This document shows, piece after piece, positions 36,206-49,339 of a stretch of DNA of 64,000 nt. The translations under genes were made by a program, and so were the position numbers. The stretch is from the NCBI RefSeq assembly GCF_036365525.1, contig NW_027142279.1, positions 744,001-808,000 on the forward strand. The letters run 5' to 3'. Every line of letters starts with the position of its first letter. Within the stretch, counting starts at the first letter, position 1. The notes under the pieces were generated by a model. It was given only the letters and a program-made list of their open reading frames with translations, was not told where the DNA came from and did no database searches. Source of the DNA: Heterodontus francisci. Taxonomy: Eukaryota.

Positions 36206-39200
36206 AGAGGACATTCAGCCCCTCTCCAGTCTATTAAACAGGAACAGGAGGAGAACATTCAGCCCCTCTCCAGTCTGTTACACAAGAACAAGAGAAAGCC
36301 AATTCAAACCCCTCTCCAGTCTGTTACACAGGAACAGGAGGAAGACATTCAGCCCCTCGCCAGTCTGTTACACAGGAACACGAGGAGGACATTCAGCCCC
36401 TCACCAGTCTGTTACACAGGAACAGGAGGAGGACATTCAGCCCCTCTCCTGTCTGCTTCACAGGAACAGCTGGAGGACATTCAGCCTCTCTCCAGTCTGT
36501 TACACAGGAACAGGAGGAGGACATTCAGCCCCTCTCCAGCCTGTTACACAGGAACAGCTGGAGGACATTCAGCCCCTCTCCAGTCTATTACACAGGAACA
36601 GGAGGAGGACATTCAGCCCCTCTCCAGTCTGTTACTCAGGAACAGGAGGAGGACATTCAGCCCCTCGCCAGTCTGTTACACAGCAACAGGAGGAGGACAT
36701 TCAGCCCCTCTCCAGTCTATTACACAGGAACAGGAGGAGGACATTCAGCCGCTCTCCAGTCTGTTACACAGGAACAGGATGAAGACATTCAGCACCTCGC
36801 CAGTCTGTTACACAGGAACACGAGGAGGACATTCAGCCCCTCACCAGTCTGTTACACAGGAACAGGAGGAGGACATTCAGACCCTCTCCTGTCTGCTTCA
36901 CAGGAACAGCTGGAGGACATTCAGCCCCTCTCCAGTCTGTTACACAGGAACAGGAGGAGGACATTCAGCCGCTCTCCAGTCTGTTACACAGGAACAGGAG
37001 GAAGACATTCAGCCCCTCGCCAGTCTGTTACACAGCAACACGAGGAGGACATTCAGCCCCTCACCAGTCTGTTACACAGGAACAGGAGGAGGTCATTCAG
37101 CCCCTCTCCTGTCTGCTTCACAGGAACAGCTGGAGGAGATTCAGCCCCTCTCCAGTCTGTTACAAAGGAACAGGAGGAGGACATTCAGTCCCTCTCCAGT
37201 CTGTTACACAGGAACAGGAGGAGGACATTCAGCCCCTCTCCAGTCTGCTACACAGGAACAGGAGGAGGACATTCAGCTGCTCTCCAGTCTGTTACACAGG
37301 AACAGGAGGAGGGCATTCAGACACTCGCCAGTCTGTTACACAGCAACAGGAGGAGGACATTCAGCCCCTCTCCAGTCTATTACACAGGAACAGGAGGAGG
37401 ACATTCAGCCGCTCTCCAGTCTGTTACACAGGAACAGTCGGAAGACATTCAGCCCCTCGCCAGTCTGTTACACAGGAACACGAGGAGGACATTCAGCCCC
37501 TCACTAGTCTGTTACACAGGAACAGGAGGAGGTCATTCAGCCCCTCTTCTGTCTGCTTCACAGGAACAGTTGGAGGAGATTCAGCCACTCTCCAGTCTGT
37601 TACACAGGAAGAGGAGGAGGACATTCAGCCCCTCTCCAGTCTGTTACACAGGAACAGGAGGAGGACATTCGGCCCCTCTCCAGTCTGTTACTCAGGAACA
37701 GGAGGAGGACATTCAGCCCCGCTCCAGTCTGTTACACAGGAACAGGAGGAGGACATTCAGCCCCTCTCCAGTCTGTAACACAGGAACAGGAGGAGGACAT
37801 TCAGCCCGTCTCCAGTCTGCTACACAGGAACAGGAGGAGGACATTCAGCCCCTCTCCAGTATGTTACATATGAACAGGAGGAGGACATTCAGCCCCTCTC
37901 CAGTCTGCTACACAGGAACAGGAGGAGGACATTCAGCTGCTCTCCAGTCTGTTACACAGGAACAGGAGGAGGGCATTCAGACCCTCGCCAGTCTGTTACA
38001 CAGCAACAGGAGGAGGACATTCAGCCCCTCTCCAGTCTATTACACAGGAACAGGAGGAGGACATTCAGCCGCTCTCCAGTCTGTTACACAGGAACAGTAG
38101 GAAGACATTCAGCCCCTCGCCAGTCTGTTACACAGGAACACGAGGAGGACATTCAGCCCCTCACTAGTCTGTTACACAGGAACAGGAGGAGGTCATTCAG
38201 CCCCTCTTCTGTCTGCTTCACAGGAACAGCTGGAGGAGATTCAGCCCCTCTCCAGTCTGTTACACAGGAACAGGAGGAGGACATTCAGCCCCTCTCCAGT
38301 CTGTTACACAGGAACAGGAGGAGGACATTCAGCCCCTCTGCAGTCTGTTACTCAGGAACAGGAGGAGGACATTCAGCCCCTCTCCAGTCTGTTACACAGG
38401 AACAGGAGGAGGACATTCAGCCCCTCTCCAGTCTGTAACACAGGAACAGGAGGGGGACATTCAGCCCGTCTCCAGTCTGCTACACAGGAACAGGAGGAGG
38501 ACATTCAGCCCCTCTCCAGTATGTTACATATGAACAGGAGGAGGACATTCAGCCCCTCTCCAGTCTGAAACACAGGAACAGGAGGAGGACATTCAGCCCC
38601 TCTCCAGTCTGTTACATTTGAACAGGAGGGTAACATTCAGCCCCTCTCCTGTCTGCTACACGGGAACAGGAGGAGGACATTCAGCCCATCTCCAGTCTGT
38701 TACACAGGAACAGGAGGAGGACATTCAGCACCTCTCTAGTCTGTTACACAGGAACAGGAGGAGGACATTCAGTCCCTCTCCAGTCTGTTACACAAAAACA
38801 GGAGGAGGACATTCAGCCCCTCTCCAGTCTGTTACACAGGAAGAGGAGGAAGACATTCAGCCCCTCTCGTGCTTGTTACACTGGAACAGGAGGAGGACAT
38901 TCAGCCACTCTCGAGTCTGTTGGACAGGAGCAGGAGGAGGACATTCCGCCCCTCTGGAGCCTGTTATACAGGAACAGGAGGAGGACATTCAGCCCCTCTC
39001 CAGTCTGTTACATAGGAACAGGAGGAGGACATTCAGCCCCTCTCCAGTCTGTTACACAGGAAGAGGAGGAAGACATTCAGCCCCTCTCGAGTCTGTTACA
39101 CTGGAACAGGAGGAGGACATTCAGCCACTCTCGAGTCTGTTGGACAGGAGCAGGAGGAGGACATTCAGCCCCTCTCCAGTCTGTTACATAGGAACAGGAG

Positions 39201-42200
39201 GAGGACATTCAGCCCCTCTCCAGTCTGTTACACAGGAAGAGGAGGAAGACATTCAGCCCCTCTCGAGTCTGTTACACTGGAACAGGAGGAGGACATTCAG
39301 CCACTCTCGAGTCTGTTGGACAGGAGCAGGAGGAGGACATTCAGCCCCTCTGGAGCCTGTTCTACAGGAACAGGAGGAGGACATTCAGCCCCTCTCCAGT
39401 CTGTTAGACAGGAGCAGGAGGAGGACATTCAGCCCCTCTCCAGTCTGTTACATAGGAACAGGAGGAGGACATTCAGCCCCTCTCCAGTCTGTTACACAGG
39501 AAGCGGAGGAAGACATTCAGCCCCTCTCGAGTCTGTTACACTGGAACAGGAGGAGGACATTCAGCCACTCTCGAGTCTGTTAGACAGGAGCAGGAGGAGG
39601 ACATTCAGCCCCTCTGGAGCCTGTTATACAGGAACAGGAAGAGGACATTCAGCACCTCTCCAGTCTGTTAGGCAGGAGCAGGAGGAGGACATTCAGCCCC
39701 TCTCCAGTCTGTTAGACAGGAGTAGGAGGAGGACATTCAGCCCCACTCGAGTCTGTTACACAGGAGCAGGAGGAGGACATTCAGCCCCTCTCGAGTCTGT
39801 TACATAGGAACAGGAGGAGGACATTCAGCCCCTCTCCAGTCTGTTACACAGGAAGAGGAGGAGGACATTCAGCCACTCTCGAGTCTGTTAGACAGGAGCA
39901 GGAGGAGGACATTCAGCCCCTCTGGACCCTGTTGTACAGGCACAGGAGGAGGACATTCAGCCCCTCTCCAGTCTGTTGGACAGGAGCAGGAGGAGGACAT
40001 TCAGCCCCTCTCCAGTTTGTTACATTGGATCAGGAGGAGGACATTCAGCCCCTCTCCAGTCTGTTACACGGGAAGAGGAGGAAGACATTCAGACCCTCTC
40101 CAGTCTGTTACACTGGAACAGGAGGAGGACATTCAGTCACTCTCCAGTCTGTAGACTGGAGCAGGAGGAGGACATTCAGCCCCTCTGGAGCCTGTTATAC
40201 AGGAACAGGAGGAGGACATTCAGCCCCTCTCCAGTCTGTTAGACATTAGCACGAGGAGGACATTCAGCCCCTCTCCAGTCTGTTACTCAGGAACAGGAGG
40301 AGGACATTCAGCCCCTCGCCAGTCTGTTACACAGCAACAGGAGGAGGACATTCAGCCCCTCTCCAGTCTATTACACAGGAACAGGAGGAGGACATTCAGC
40401 CGCTCTCCAGTCTGTTACACAGGAACAGGATGAAGACATTCAGCACCTCGCCAGTCTGTTACACAGGAACACGAGGAGGACATTCAGCCCCTCACCAGTC
40501 TGTTACACAGGAACAGGAGGAGGACATTCAGACCCTCTCCTGTCTGCTTCACAGGAACAGCTGGAGGACATTCAGCCCCTCTCCAGTCTGTTACACAGGA
40601 ACAGGAGGAGGACATTCAGCCGCTCTCCAGTCTGTTACACAGGAACAGGAGGAAGACATTCAGCCCCTCGCCAGTCTGTTACACAGCAACACGAGGAGGA
40701 CATTCAGCCCCTCACCAGTCTGTTACACAGGAACAGGAGGAGGTCATTCAGCCCCTCTCCTGTCTGCTTCACAGGAACAGCTGGAGGAGATTCAGCCCCT
40801 CTCCAGTCTGTTACAAAGGAACAGGAGGAGGACATTCAGTCCCTCTCCAGTCTGTTACACAGGAACAGGAGGAGGACATTCAGCCCCTCTCCAGTCTGCT
40901 ACACAGGAACAGGAGGAGGACATTCAGCTGCTCTCCAGTCTGTTACACAGGAACAGGAGGAGGGCATTCAGACCCTCGCCAGTCTGTTACACAGCAACAG
41001 GAGGAGGACATTCAGCCCCTCTCCAGTCTATTACACAGGAACAGGAGGAGGACATTCAGCCGCTCTCCAGTCTGTTACACAGGAACAGTCGGAAGACATT
41101 CAGCCCCTCGCCAGTCTGTTACACAGGAACACGAGGAGGACATTCAGCCCCTCACTAGTCTGTTACACAGGAACAGGAGGAGGTCATTCAGCCCCTCTTC
41201 TGTCTGCTTCACAGGAACAGTTGGAGGAGATTCAGCCCCTCTCCAGTCTCTTACACAGGAACAGGAGGAGGACATTCAGCCCCTCTCCAGTCTGTTACAC
41301 AGGAACAGGAGGAGGACATTCGGCCCCTCTCCAGTCTGTTACTCAGGAACAGGAGGAGGACATTCAGCCCCGCTCCAGTCTGTTCCACAGGAACAGGAGG
41401 AGGACATTCAGCCCCTCTCCAGTCTGTAACACAGGAACAGGAGGAGGACATTCAGCCCGTCTCCAGTCTGCTACACAGGAACAGGAGGAGGACATTCAGC
41501 CCCTCTCCAGTATGTTATATATGAACAGGAGGAGGACATTCAGCCCCTCTCCAGTCTGCTACACAGGAACAGGAGGAGGACATTCAGCTGCTCTCCAGTC
41601 TGTTACACAGGAACAGGAGGAGGGCATTCAGACCCTCGCCAGTCTGTTACACAGCAACAGGAGGAGGACATTCAGCCCCTCTCCAGTCTATTACACAGGA
41701 ACAGGAGGAGGACATTCAGCCGCTCTCCAGTCTGTTACACAGGAACAGTAGGAAGACATTCAGCCCCTCGCCAGTCTGTTACACAGGAACACGAGGAGGA
41801 CATTCAGCCCCTCACTAGTCTGTTACACAGGAACAGGAGGAGGTCATTCAGCCCCTCTTCTGTCTGCTTCACAGGAACAGCTGGAGGAGATTCAGCCCCT
41901 CTCCAGTCTGTTACACAGGAACAGGAGGAGGACATTCAGCCCCTCTCCAGTCTGTTACACAGGAACAGGAGGAGGACATTCAGCCCCTCTCCAGTCTGTT
42001 ACTCAGGAACAGGAGGAGGACATTCAGCCCCTCTCCAGTCTGTTACACAGGAACAGGAGGAGGACATTCAGCCCCTCTCCAGTCTGTAACACAGGAACAG
42101 GAGGAGGACATTCAGCCCGTCTCCAGTCTGCTACACAGGAACAGGAGGAGGACATTCAGCCCCTCTCCAGAATGTTACATATGAACAGGAGGAGGACATT

Positions 42201-45200
42201 CAGCCCCTCTCCAGTCTGAAACACAGGAACAGGAGGAGGACATTCAGCCCCTCTCCAGTCTGTTACATTTGAACAGGAGGGTAACATTCAGCCCCTCTCC
42301 TGTCTGCTACACGGGAACAGGAGGAGGACATTCAGCCCATCTCCAGTCTGTTACACAGGAACAGGAGGAGGACATTCAGCACCTCTCTAGTCTGTTACAC
42401 AGGAACAGGAGGAGGACATTCAGTCCCTCTCCAGTCTGTTACACAAAAACAGGAGGAGGACATTCAGCCCCTCTCCAGTCTGTTACACAGGAAGAGGAGG
42501 AAGACATTCAGCCCCTCTCGTGTTTGTTACACTGGAACAGGAGGAGGACATTCAGCCACTCTCGAGTCTGTTGGACAGGAGCAGGAGGAGGACATTCCGC
42601 CCCTCTGGAGCCTGTTATACAGGAACAGGAGGAGGACATTCAGCCCCTCTCCAGTCTGTTACATAGGAACAGGAGGAGGACATTCAGCCCCTCTCCAGTC
42701 TGTTACACAGGAAGAGGAGGAAGACATTCAGCCCCTCTCGAGTCTGTTACACTGGAACAGGAGGAGGACATTCAGCCACTCTCGAGTCTGTTGGACAGGA
42801 GCAGGAGGAGGACATTCAGCCCCTCTCCAGTCTGTTACATAGGAACAGGAGGAGGACATTCAGCCCCTCTCCAGTCTGTTACACAGGAAGAGGAGGAAGA
42901 CATTCAGCCCCTCTCGAGTCTGTTACACTGGAACAGGAGGAGGACATTCAGCCACTCTCGAGTCTGTTGGACAGGAGCAGGAGGAGGACATTCAGCCCCT
43001 CTGGAGCCTGTTCTACAGGAACAGGAGGAGGACATTCAGCCCCTCTCCAGTCTGTTAGACAGGAGCAGGAGGAGGACATTCAGCCCCTCTCCAGTCTGTT
43101 ACATAGGAACAGGAGGAGGACATTCAGCCCCTCTCCAGTCTGTTACAGAGGAAGCGGAGGAAGACATTCAGCCCCTCTCGAGTCTGTTACACTGGAACAG
43201 GAGGAGGACATTCAGCCACTCTCGAGTCTGTTAGACAGGAGCAGGAGGAGGACATTCAGCCCCTCTGGAGCCTGTTATACAGGAACAGGAAGAGGACATT
43301 CAGCACCTCTCCAGTCTGTTAGGCAGGAGCAGGAGGAGGACATTCAGCCCCTCTCCAGTCTGTTAGACAGGAGTAGGAGGAGGACATTCAGCCCCACTCG
43401 AGTCTGTTACACAGGAGCAGGAGGAGGACATTCAGCCCCTCTCGAGTCTGTTACATAGGAACAGGAGGAGGACATTCAGCCCCTCTCCAGTCTGTTACAC
43501 AGGAAGAGGAGGAGGACATTCAGCCACTCTCGAGTCTGTTAGACAGGAGCAGGAGGAGGACATTCAGCCCCTCTGGACCCTGTTGTACAGGCACAGGAGG
43601 AGGACATTCAGCCCCTCTCCAGTCTGTTGGACAGGAGCAGGAGGAGGACATTCAGCCCCTCTCCAGTCTGTTACATTGGATCAGGAGGAGGACATTCAGC
43701 CCCTCTCCAGTCTGTTACACGGGAAGAGGAGGAAGACATTCAGACCCTCTCCAGTCTGTTACACTGGAACAGGAGGAGGACATTCAGTCACTCTCCAGTC
43801 TGTAGACTGGAGCAGGAGGAGGACATTCAGCCCCTCTGGAGCCTGTTATACAGGAACAGGAGGAGGACATTCAGCCCCTCTCCAGTCTGTTAGACAGTAG
43901 CACGAGGAGGACATTCAGCCCCTCTCCAGTCTGTTAGACAAGAGCAGGAGGAGGACATTCAGCCCCACTCGAGTCTGTTACACAGGAGCAGGAGGAGGAC
44001 ATTCAAACCCTCACCGCTCTGTTAGACAGGAGCAGGAGTAGGACATTCGGCCCTTCTCCAGTCTGCTACACAGGAACAGGAGGAGGACATTCAGCCCCTC
44101 TCCAGTATGTTACATATGAACAGGAGGAGGACATTCAGCCCCTCTCCAGTCTGAAACACAGGAACAGGAGGAGGACATTCAGCCCCTCTCCAGTCTGTTA
44201 CATTTGAACAGGAGGTTAACATTCAGCCCCTCTCCTGTCTGCTATACAGGAACAGGAGGAGGACATTCAGCCCATCTCCAGTCTGTTACACAGGAACAGG
44301 AGGAGGACATTCAGCCCCTCTCTAGTCTGTTACACAGGAACAGGAGGAGGACATTCAGTCCCTCTCCAGTCTGTTACATAGGAACAGGAGGAGGACATTC
44401 AGCCCCTCTCCAGTCTGTTACACAGGAAGAGGAGGAAGACATTCAGCCCCTCTCGTGTTTGTTACACTGGAACAGGAGGAGGACATTCAGCCAATCTCGA
44501 GTCTGTTGGACAGGAGCAGGAGGAGGACATTCAGACCCTCTGGAGCCTGTTATACAGGAGCAGGAGGAGGACATTCAGCCCCTCTCCAGTCTGTTACATT
44601 GGATCAGGAGGAGGACATTCAGCCCCTCTCCAGTCTGTTACACGGGAAGAGGAGGAAGACATTCAGTCCCTCTCCAGTCTGTTACACTGGAACAGGAGGA
44701 GGACATTCAGTCACTCTCCAGTCTGTAGACTGGAGCAGGAGGAGGACATTCAGCCCCTCTGGAGCCTGTTATACAGGAACAGGAGGAGGACATTCAGCCC
44801 CTCTCCAGTCTGTTAGACAGGAGCAGGAGGAGGACATTCAGCCCCACTCGAGTCTGTTACACAGGAGCAGGAGGAGGACATTCAAACCCTCACCGCTCTG
44901 TTAGACAGGAGCAGGAGTAGGACATTCAGCCCTTCTCCAGTCTGCTACACAGGAACAGGAGGAGGACATTCAGCCCCTCTCCAGTATGTTACATATGAAC
45001 AGGAGGAGGACATTCAGCCCCTCTCCAGTCTGAAACACAGGAACAGGAGGAGGACATTCAGCCCCTCTCCAGTCTGTTACATTTGAACAGGAGGTTAACA
45101 TTCAGCCCCTCTCCTGTCTGCTATACAGGAACAGGAGGAGGACATTCAGCCCATCTCCAGTCTGTTACACAGGAACAGGAGGAGGACATTCAGCCCCTCT

Positions 45201-46921
45201 CTAGTCTGTTACACCGGAACAGGAGGAGGACATTCAGTCCCTCTCCAGTCTGTTACATAGGAACAGGAGGAGGACATTCAGCCCCTCTCCAGTCTGTTAC
45301 ACAGGAAGAGGAGGAAGACATTCAGCCCCTCTCTTGTTTGTTACACTGGAACAGGAGGAGGACATTCAGCCAATCTCGAGTCTGTTGGACAGGAGCAGGA
45401 GGAGGACATTCAGACCCTCTGGAGCCTGTTATACAGGAACAGGAGGAGGACATTCAGCCCCTCTCCAGTCTGTTACACAGGAAGAGGAGGAAGACATTCA
45501 GCCCCTCTCGAGTCTGTTACACTGGAACAGGAGGAGGACATTCAGCCACTCTCGAGTCTGTTGGACAGGAGCAGGAGGAGGACATTCAACCCCTCTGGAG
45601 CCTGTTCTACAGGAACAGGAGGAGGACATTCAGCCCCTCTCCAGTCTGTTAGACAGGAGCAGGAGGAGGACATTCAGCCCCTCTCCAGTCTGTTACACAG
45701 GAACAGGAGGAAGACATTCAGCCCCTCTCGAGTCTGTTACACTGGAACAGGAGAAGGACATTCAGCCACTCTCGAGTCTGTTAGACAGGAGCAGGAGGAG
45801 GACATTCAGCCCCTCTGGAGCCTGTTACACAGGAACAGGAGGAGGACATTCAGCCCCTCTCCAGTCTGTTAGACAGGAGCAGGAGGAGGACATTCAGCCC
45901 CTCTCCAGTCTGTTGGACAGGAGCAGGAGGAGGACATTCAGCCCCACTCGAGTCTGTTACACAGGAGCAGGAGGAAGACATTCAGCCCCTCTCCAGTCTG
46001 TTAGACAGGAGCAGGAGGGGGACATTCAGCCCCTCTGGAGCCTGTTATACAGGAACAGGAGGAGGACATTCAGCCCCTCTCCATCTGTTGGACAGGAGCA
46101 GGAGGAGGTCATTCAGCCCCTCTCCAGTCTGTTACATAGAAACAGGAGGAGGACTTTCAGCCCCTCTCCAGGCTGTTACACAGGAAGAGGAGGAAGACAT
46201 TCTGCCCCTCTCCAGTCTGTTACACTGGAACAGGAGGAGGACATTCAGCCCCTCTGGAGCCTGTTATACAGGAACGGGAGGAGGACATTCAGCCCCTCTC
46301 CAGTCTGTTAGACAGTAGCAGGAGGAGGACATTCAGCCCCTCTCCAGTCTGTTAGACAGGAGCAGGAGGAGGAAATTCAGCCCCACTCGAGTCTGTTACT
46401 CAGGAGCAGGAGGAGGACATTCAAACCCTCTCCGCTCTGTTGGACAGGAGCAGGAGGAGGACATTCAGCCCCTCGAGAGTCTGTTACACAGTAACAGGAG
46501 GAGGACATTCAGCCCCTCTCCAGTCTGTTACAGAGGAACAGGAGGAGGACATTCAGCCCCTCTCCAGTCTGTTACACAGGAACAGGAGGTGGACATTCAG
46601 CCCCTCTGGAGCCTGTTATACAGGAACAGGAGGAGGACAGTCAGCCCCTCTCCAGTCTGTTACACAGGAACAGGATTAGGACATTCAGCCCCTCTCCGGT
46701 CTGTTGCAAAGGAACAGGAGGCGGACATTCAGCCACTCTCCAGTCTGTTACACTGGAACAGGAGGAGGACACTCAGCCCCTCTCCAATCTTTTACACAGT
46801 AACAGGAGGAAGACATTCAGCCCCTCGAGAGCCTGTTACACAGGAACAGGAGGAGGCACTTTAGCCCCTCTTGAACCTCTTGCACCGGAACAGGAGGAGG
46901 CCATTCAGCCACTCTCGAGCC
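36206..46921. repeat. 44-bp tandem satellite (~240 copies) with nested higher-order repeats
   Basis: Unit ACATTCAGCCCCTCTCCAGTCTGTTACACAGGAACAGGAGGAGG. Variant patterns recur at offsets of 660, 879 and 3651 bp. Confidence 0.99.
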
Positions 46922-46935
46922 TTTCTCTCTTTCCT

Positions 46936-46987
<52 letters not shown>

Positions 46988-47040
46988 TATTTCTTTCTTT
47001 CTTTCTTTCTATCTCACTTTCTTTCTTACTTTCTTTCTGT
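46922..47040. repeat. (TTTC)n microsatellite
   Basis: Direct reading. Confidence 0.95.
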
Positions 47041-48269
47041 CCCTCTCAATTCCCTCCCTCTGTTGCACCCCTTATCCAAATCCCTGCCTCCGTCCCTTAC
47101 CCTTTTCTTTCCCTGCATTGTCCCTCCACAACCTGTAGGATCTCAAGAAGCACCGGCTACGGGTCCTCAGATAGAACGCACTTACTGTATCCAGTAAATT
47201 GTGCACACTGCAGTCTCTTCACCTATCACTCAGAGAGTCCAAGGTCTTCCAAACTAGGGGTGTGCAAGTTCCCAGGTGTTCTGTTGATGTGCGCAGTGCT
47301 GTTATCATTTCAGCTGATTTGTCTGCACACCAACACCCATCGCCCATGCACCTGGTCCTCAGCCACAACATTGAGGGTTTTACTCTTTTGTTCTGTTCTT
47401 CTGCTGCTTGCTCTTCAGATGAAAGTGACGCGAGTTTCTGGGTTGAAGAGGTTCCAAAAATGTCTAACAATAAAGGTGGACGTTGAATGAAGGATTGGGA
47501 TATGGGCACAAAACATTTTCAAAGAAAGGCCATTATGGAGTCATCAAAGTAAGTACATTTCCCTTTGTCCTTTTGCAAACATGGCACAAAGTAGGAATCC
47601 ATTGCTGATTCTAAAAGTTCCCTCGACATTATAGAGCGATGAGAAGTCATGTTCAACTTGTATAGAATCTTCCTTAGACCACAGTTAGAGCACTTTTCAC
47701 AGTTCTGTTATTCATTTTAAGAGATATAGAGATACAGGAGAAGGGGCAAAAAAGTAATGACAAGGATGATATCAGAACTGAGAGGTTATAGTTATCAGGA
47801 AGAGCTGGAAAGAGAAGGCTGAGGGGGTGATCTGATGGAGGGCTTTAAGATTATGAAAGGGCTTTGGATAGGGTAGACGTGAAAAAGATGTTTTCACTGG
47901 TGGGGGAGTCAGGAACTCCGAAACATCAACAGAAGATAGTCACTAATAAATAAAATCGGGAATTCAGGAGAAAATTCTTTACCCAGAGAGTGGGAGGATG
48001 TAGGGAGTGGGATAAGGCGAATAGCGGAGATGTATCCAAGAGGGAAGCTAGGTACATAAATAGGGGGAAGGAGATTTAGAAGGATCTATTGATGGGAAGA
48101 GATGAAGACGGGAGCGAGGAAGCTCGAGTGGAGGATGAACACCAGCATGAATGTGTTGGGCCGAATGGGCTGCTTCTTTGCTATTTGCCTCACGGCACAG
48201 ACCAAGGGATATAGTGCATCTCACCTGAGAAGGCAAACCAGCCGCTGGTTTAACATCTCAGGTGAAAAT

Positions 48270-48655
48270 GCAGCACTCCCTTAGTACTGACCCTCTGACA
48301 GTGCAGTGCTCCCTCAGTAATGACCCTCTGACAGTGCAGTGCTCCCTCAGTAATGACCCTCTGACAGTGCAGCACTTCCTCAGTACTGATCCTCTGAAAG
48401 TGCAGTGCTCCCGCAGTACTGACCCTCCAACAGTGCAGCACTCCCACAGTACTGACCCTCTGACAGTGCAGCACTCCCTCAGTACTGACCCTCCAACAAT
48501 GCAGCACTCCTTCAGTACTGACTCTCTGACAGTGCAGCACTCCCTCGGTACTGACCCTCCAACAGTGCAGCACTCCCTCTGTACTAACCCTCTGACAGTG
48601 CAGCACTCCCTCGGTACTGACCCTCCAACAGTGCAACACCCCCTCAGTACTGAAT
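48270..48655. repeat. 33-bp minisatellite (ACAGTGCAGCACTCCCTCAGTACTGACCCTCTG), ~12 copies
   Basis: Tandem copies give the 11-aa periodic ORFs at 48250-48732. Confidence 0.95.
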
Positions 48656-49339
48656 TGACCAAGTTGGCTGCATTGGCGATCGATGGGCGGTAGGTGGTGA
48701 TATTGCTCCACTAACCCTGATCGCTTCTTCATTTCTCGGCCGTTCCTTCCTCTGACAGCGACATCAGCTCTGCAATTCCCTCCCTAACCCTCTCCACCAC
48801 CCTCTCCTCCAAACCGGACCGTTTTCGGGACGTTTTCTCTACGGACGCTGAAGTCGCTGTATAAATGCAAGTCACATTTGTGAACAGGAGGTCCAGGACT
48901 TGGAGCATGTCCTCCAGAAACTGATTCTGCCGGCAGTTTCGCTTTATGTTCCTTCTACGGGTAGACACGAACTAAACTGGTCACAGAAAAAGTAACTGGA
49001 ATTTGTCACGACCGGGATTTCGCGTTTTGTTGCTCCAATTTTCAGCACTTGCCTGTCGTCACTTGATGCAACTGAGTGGCACTGGGAGAACAGTTAAGTG
49101 ATAACTACATTGATGTGGACCAGGAGTCAGGTAGAAGGGGGTAAGTAGGGCAAATGTTTTCCTGTGGGACATTAGAGAACCAACAACAATCAGGTAGTTT
49201 CATGGTCATAATTCATGTCACTGGTACTTTATCTCAATCAATTGAACTTCAACTCTTCTGAAGGCTGCAGTGGGGTTTGAACTCGCGACTACCAAAGCGC
49301 CAGCCCGGGCTGTTGGCTTACTGGTCCAGTAATATCACC

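Noticed and set aside
36052-36300. Resemblance of Dβ1 (GGAACAGCAGGGA) to the satellite motif GGAACAGGAGGAGGA
   Set aside because: The match is short, purine-rich and on the opposite strand, the satellite units have no RSS, and D1 is clearly paralogous to D2.
36779-46864. Long repetitive ORFs (up to 325 aa) in the satellite
   Set aside because: They are translations of a 44-bp unit cycling through all three frames, with scattered stops and no splice or promoter context.
36206-46921. Satellite as a CRISPR array or Ig switch-like region
   Set aside because: There are no unique spacers and the context is eukaryotic. AGCT motifs are rare and there is only one C gene to switch to.
48729-48968. 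79-aa minus ORF as an exon of an intervening gene
   Set aside because: Its distal half overlaps a dispersed repeat motif also seen near 13800-14000, and no homology was recognised.
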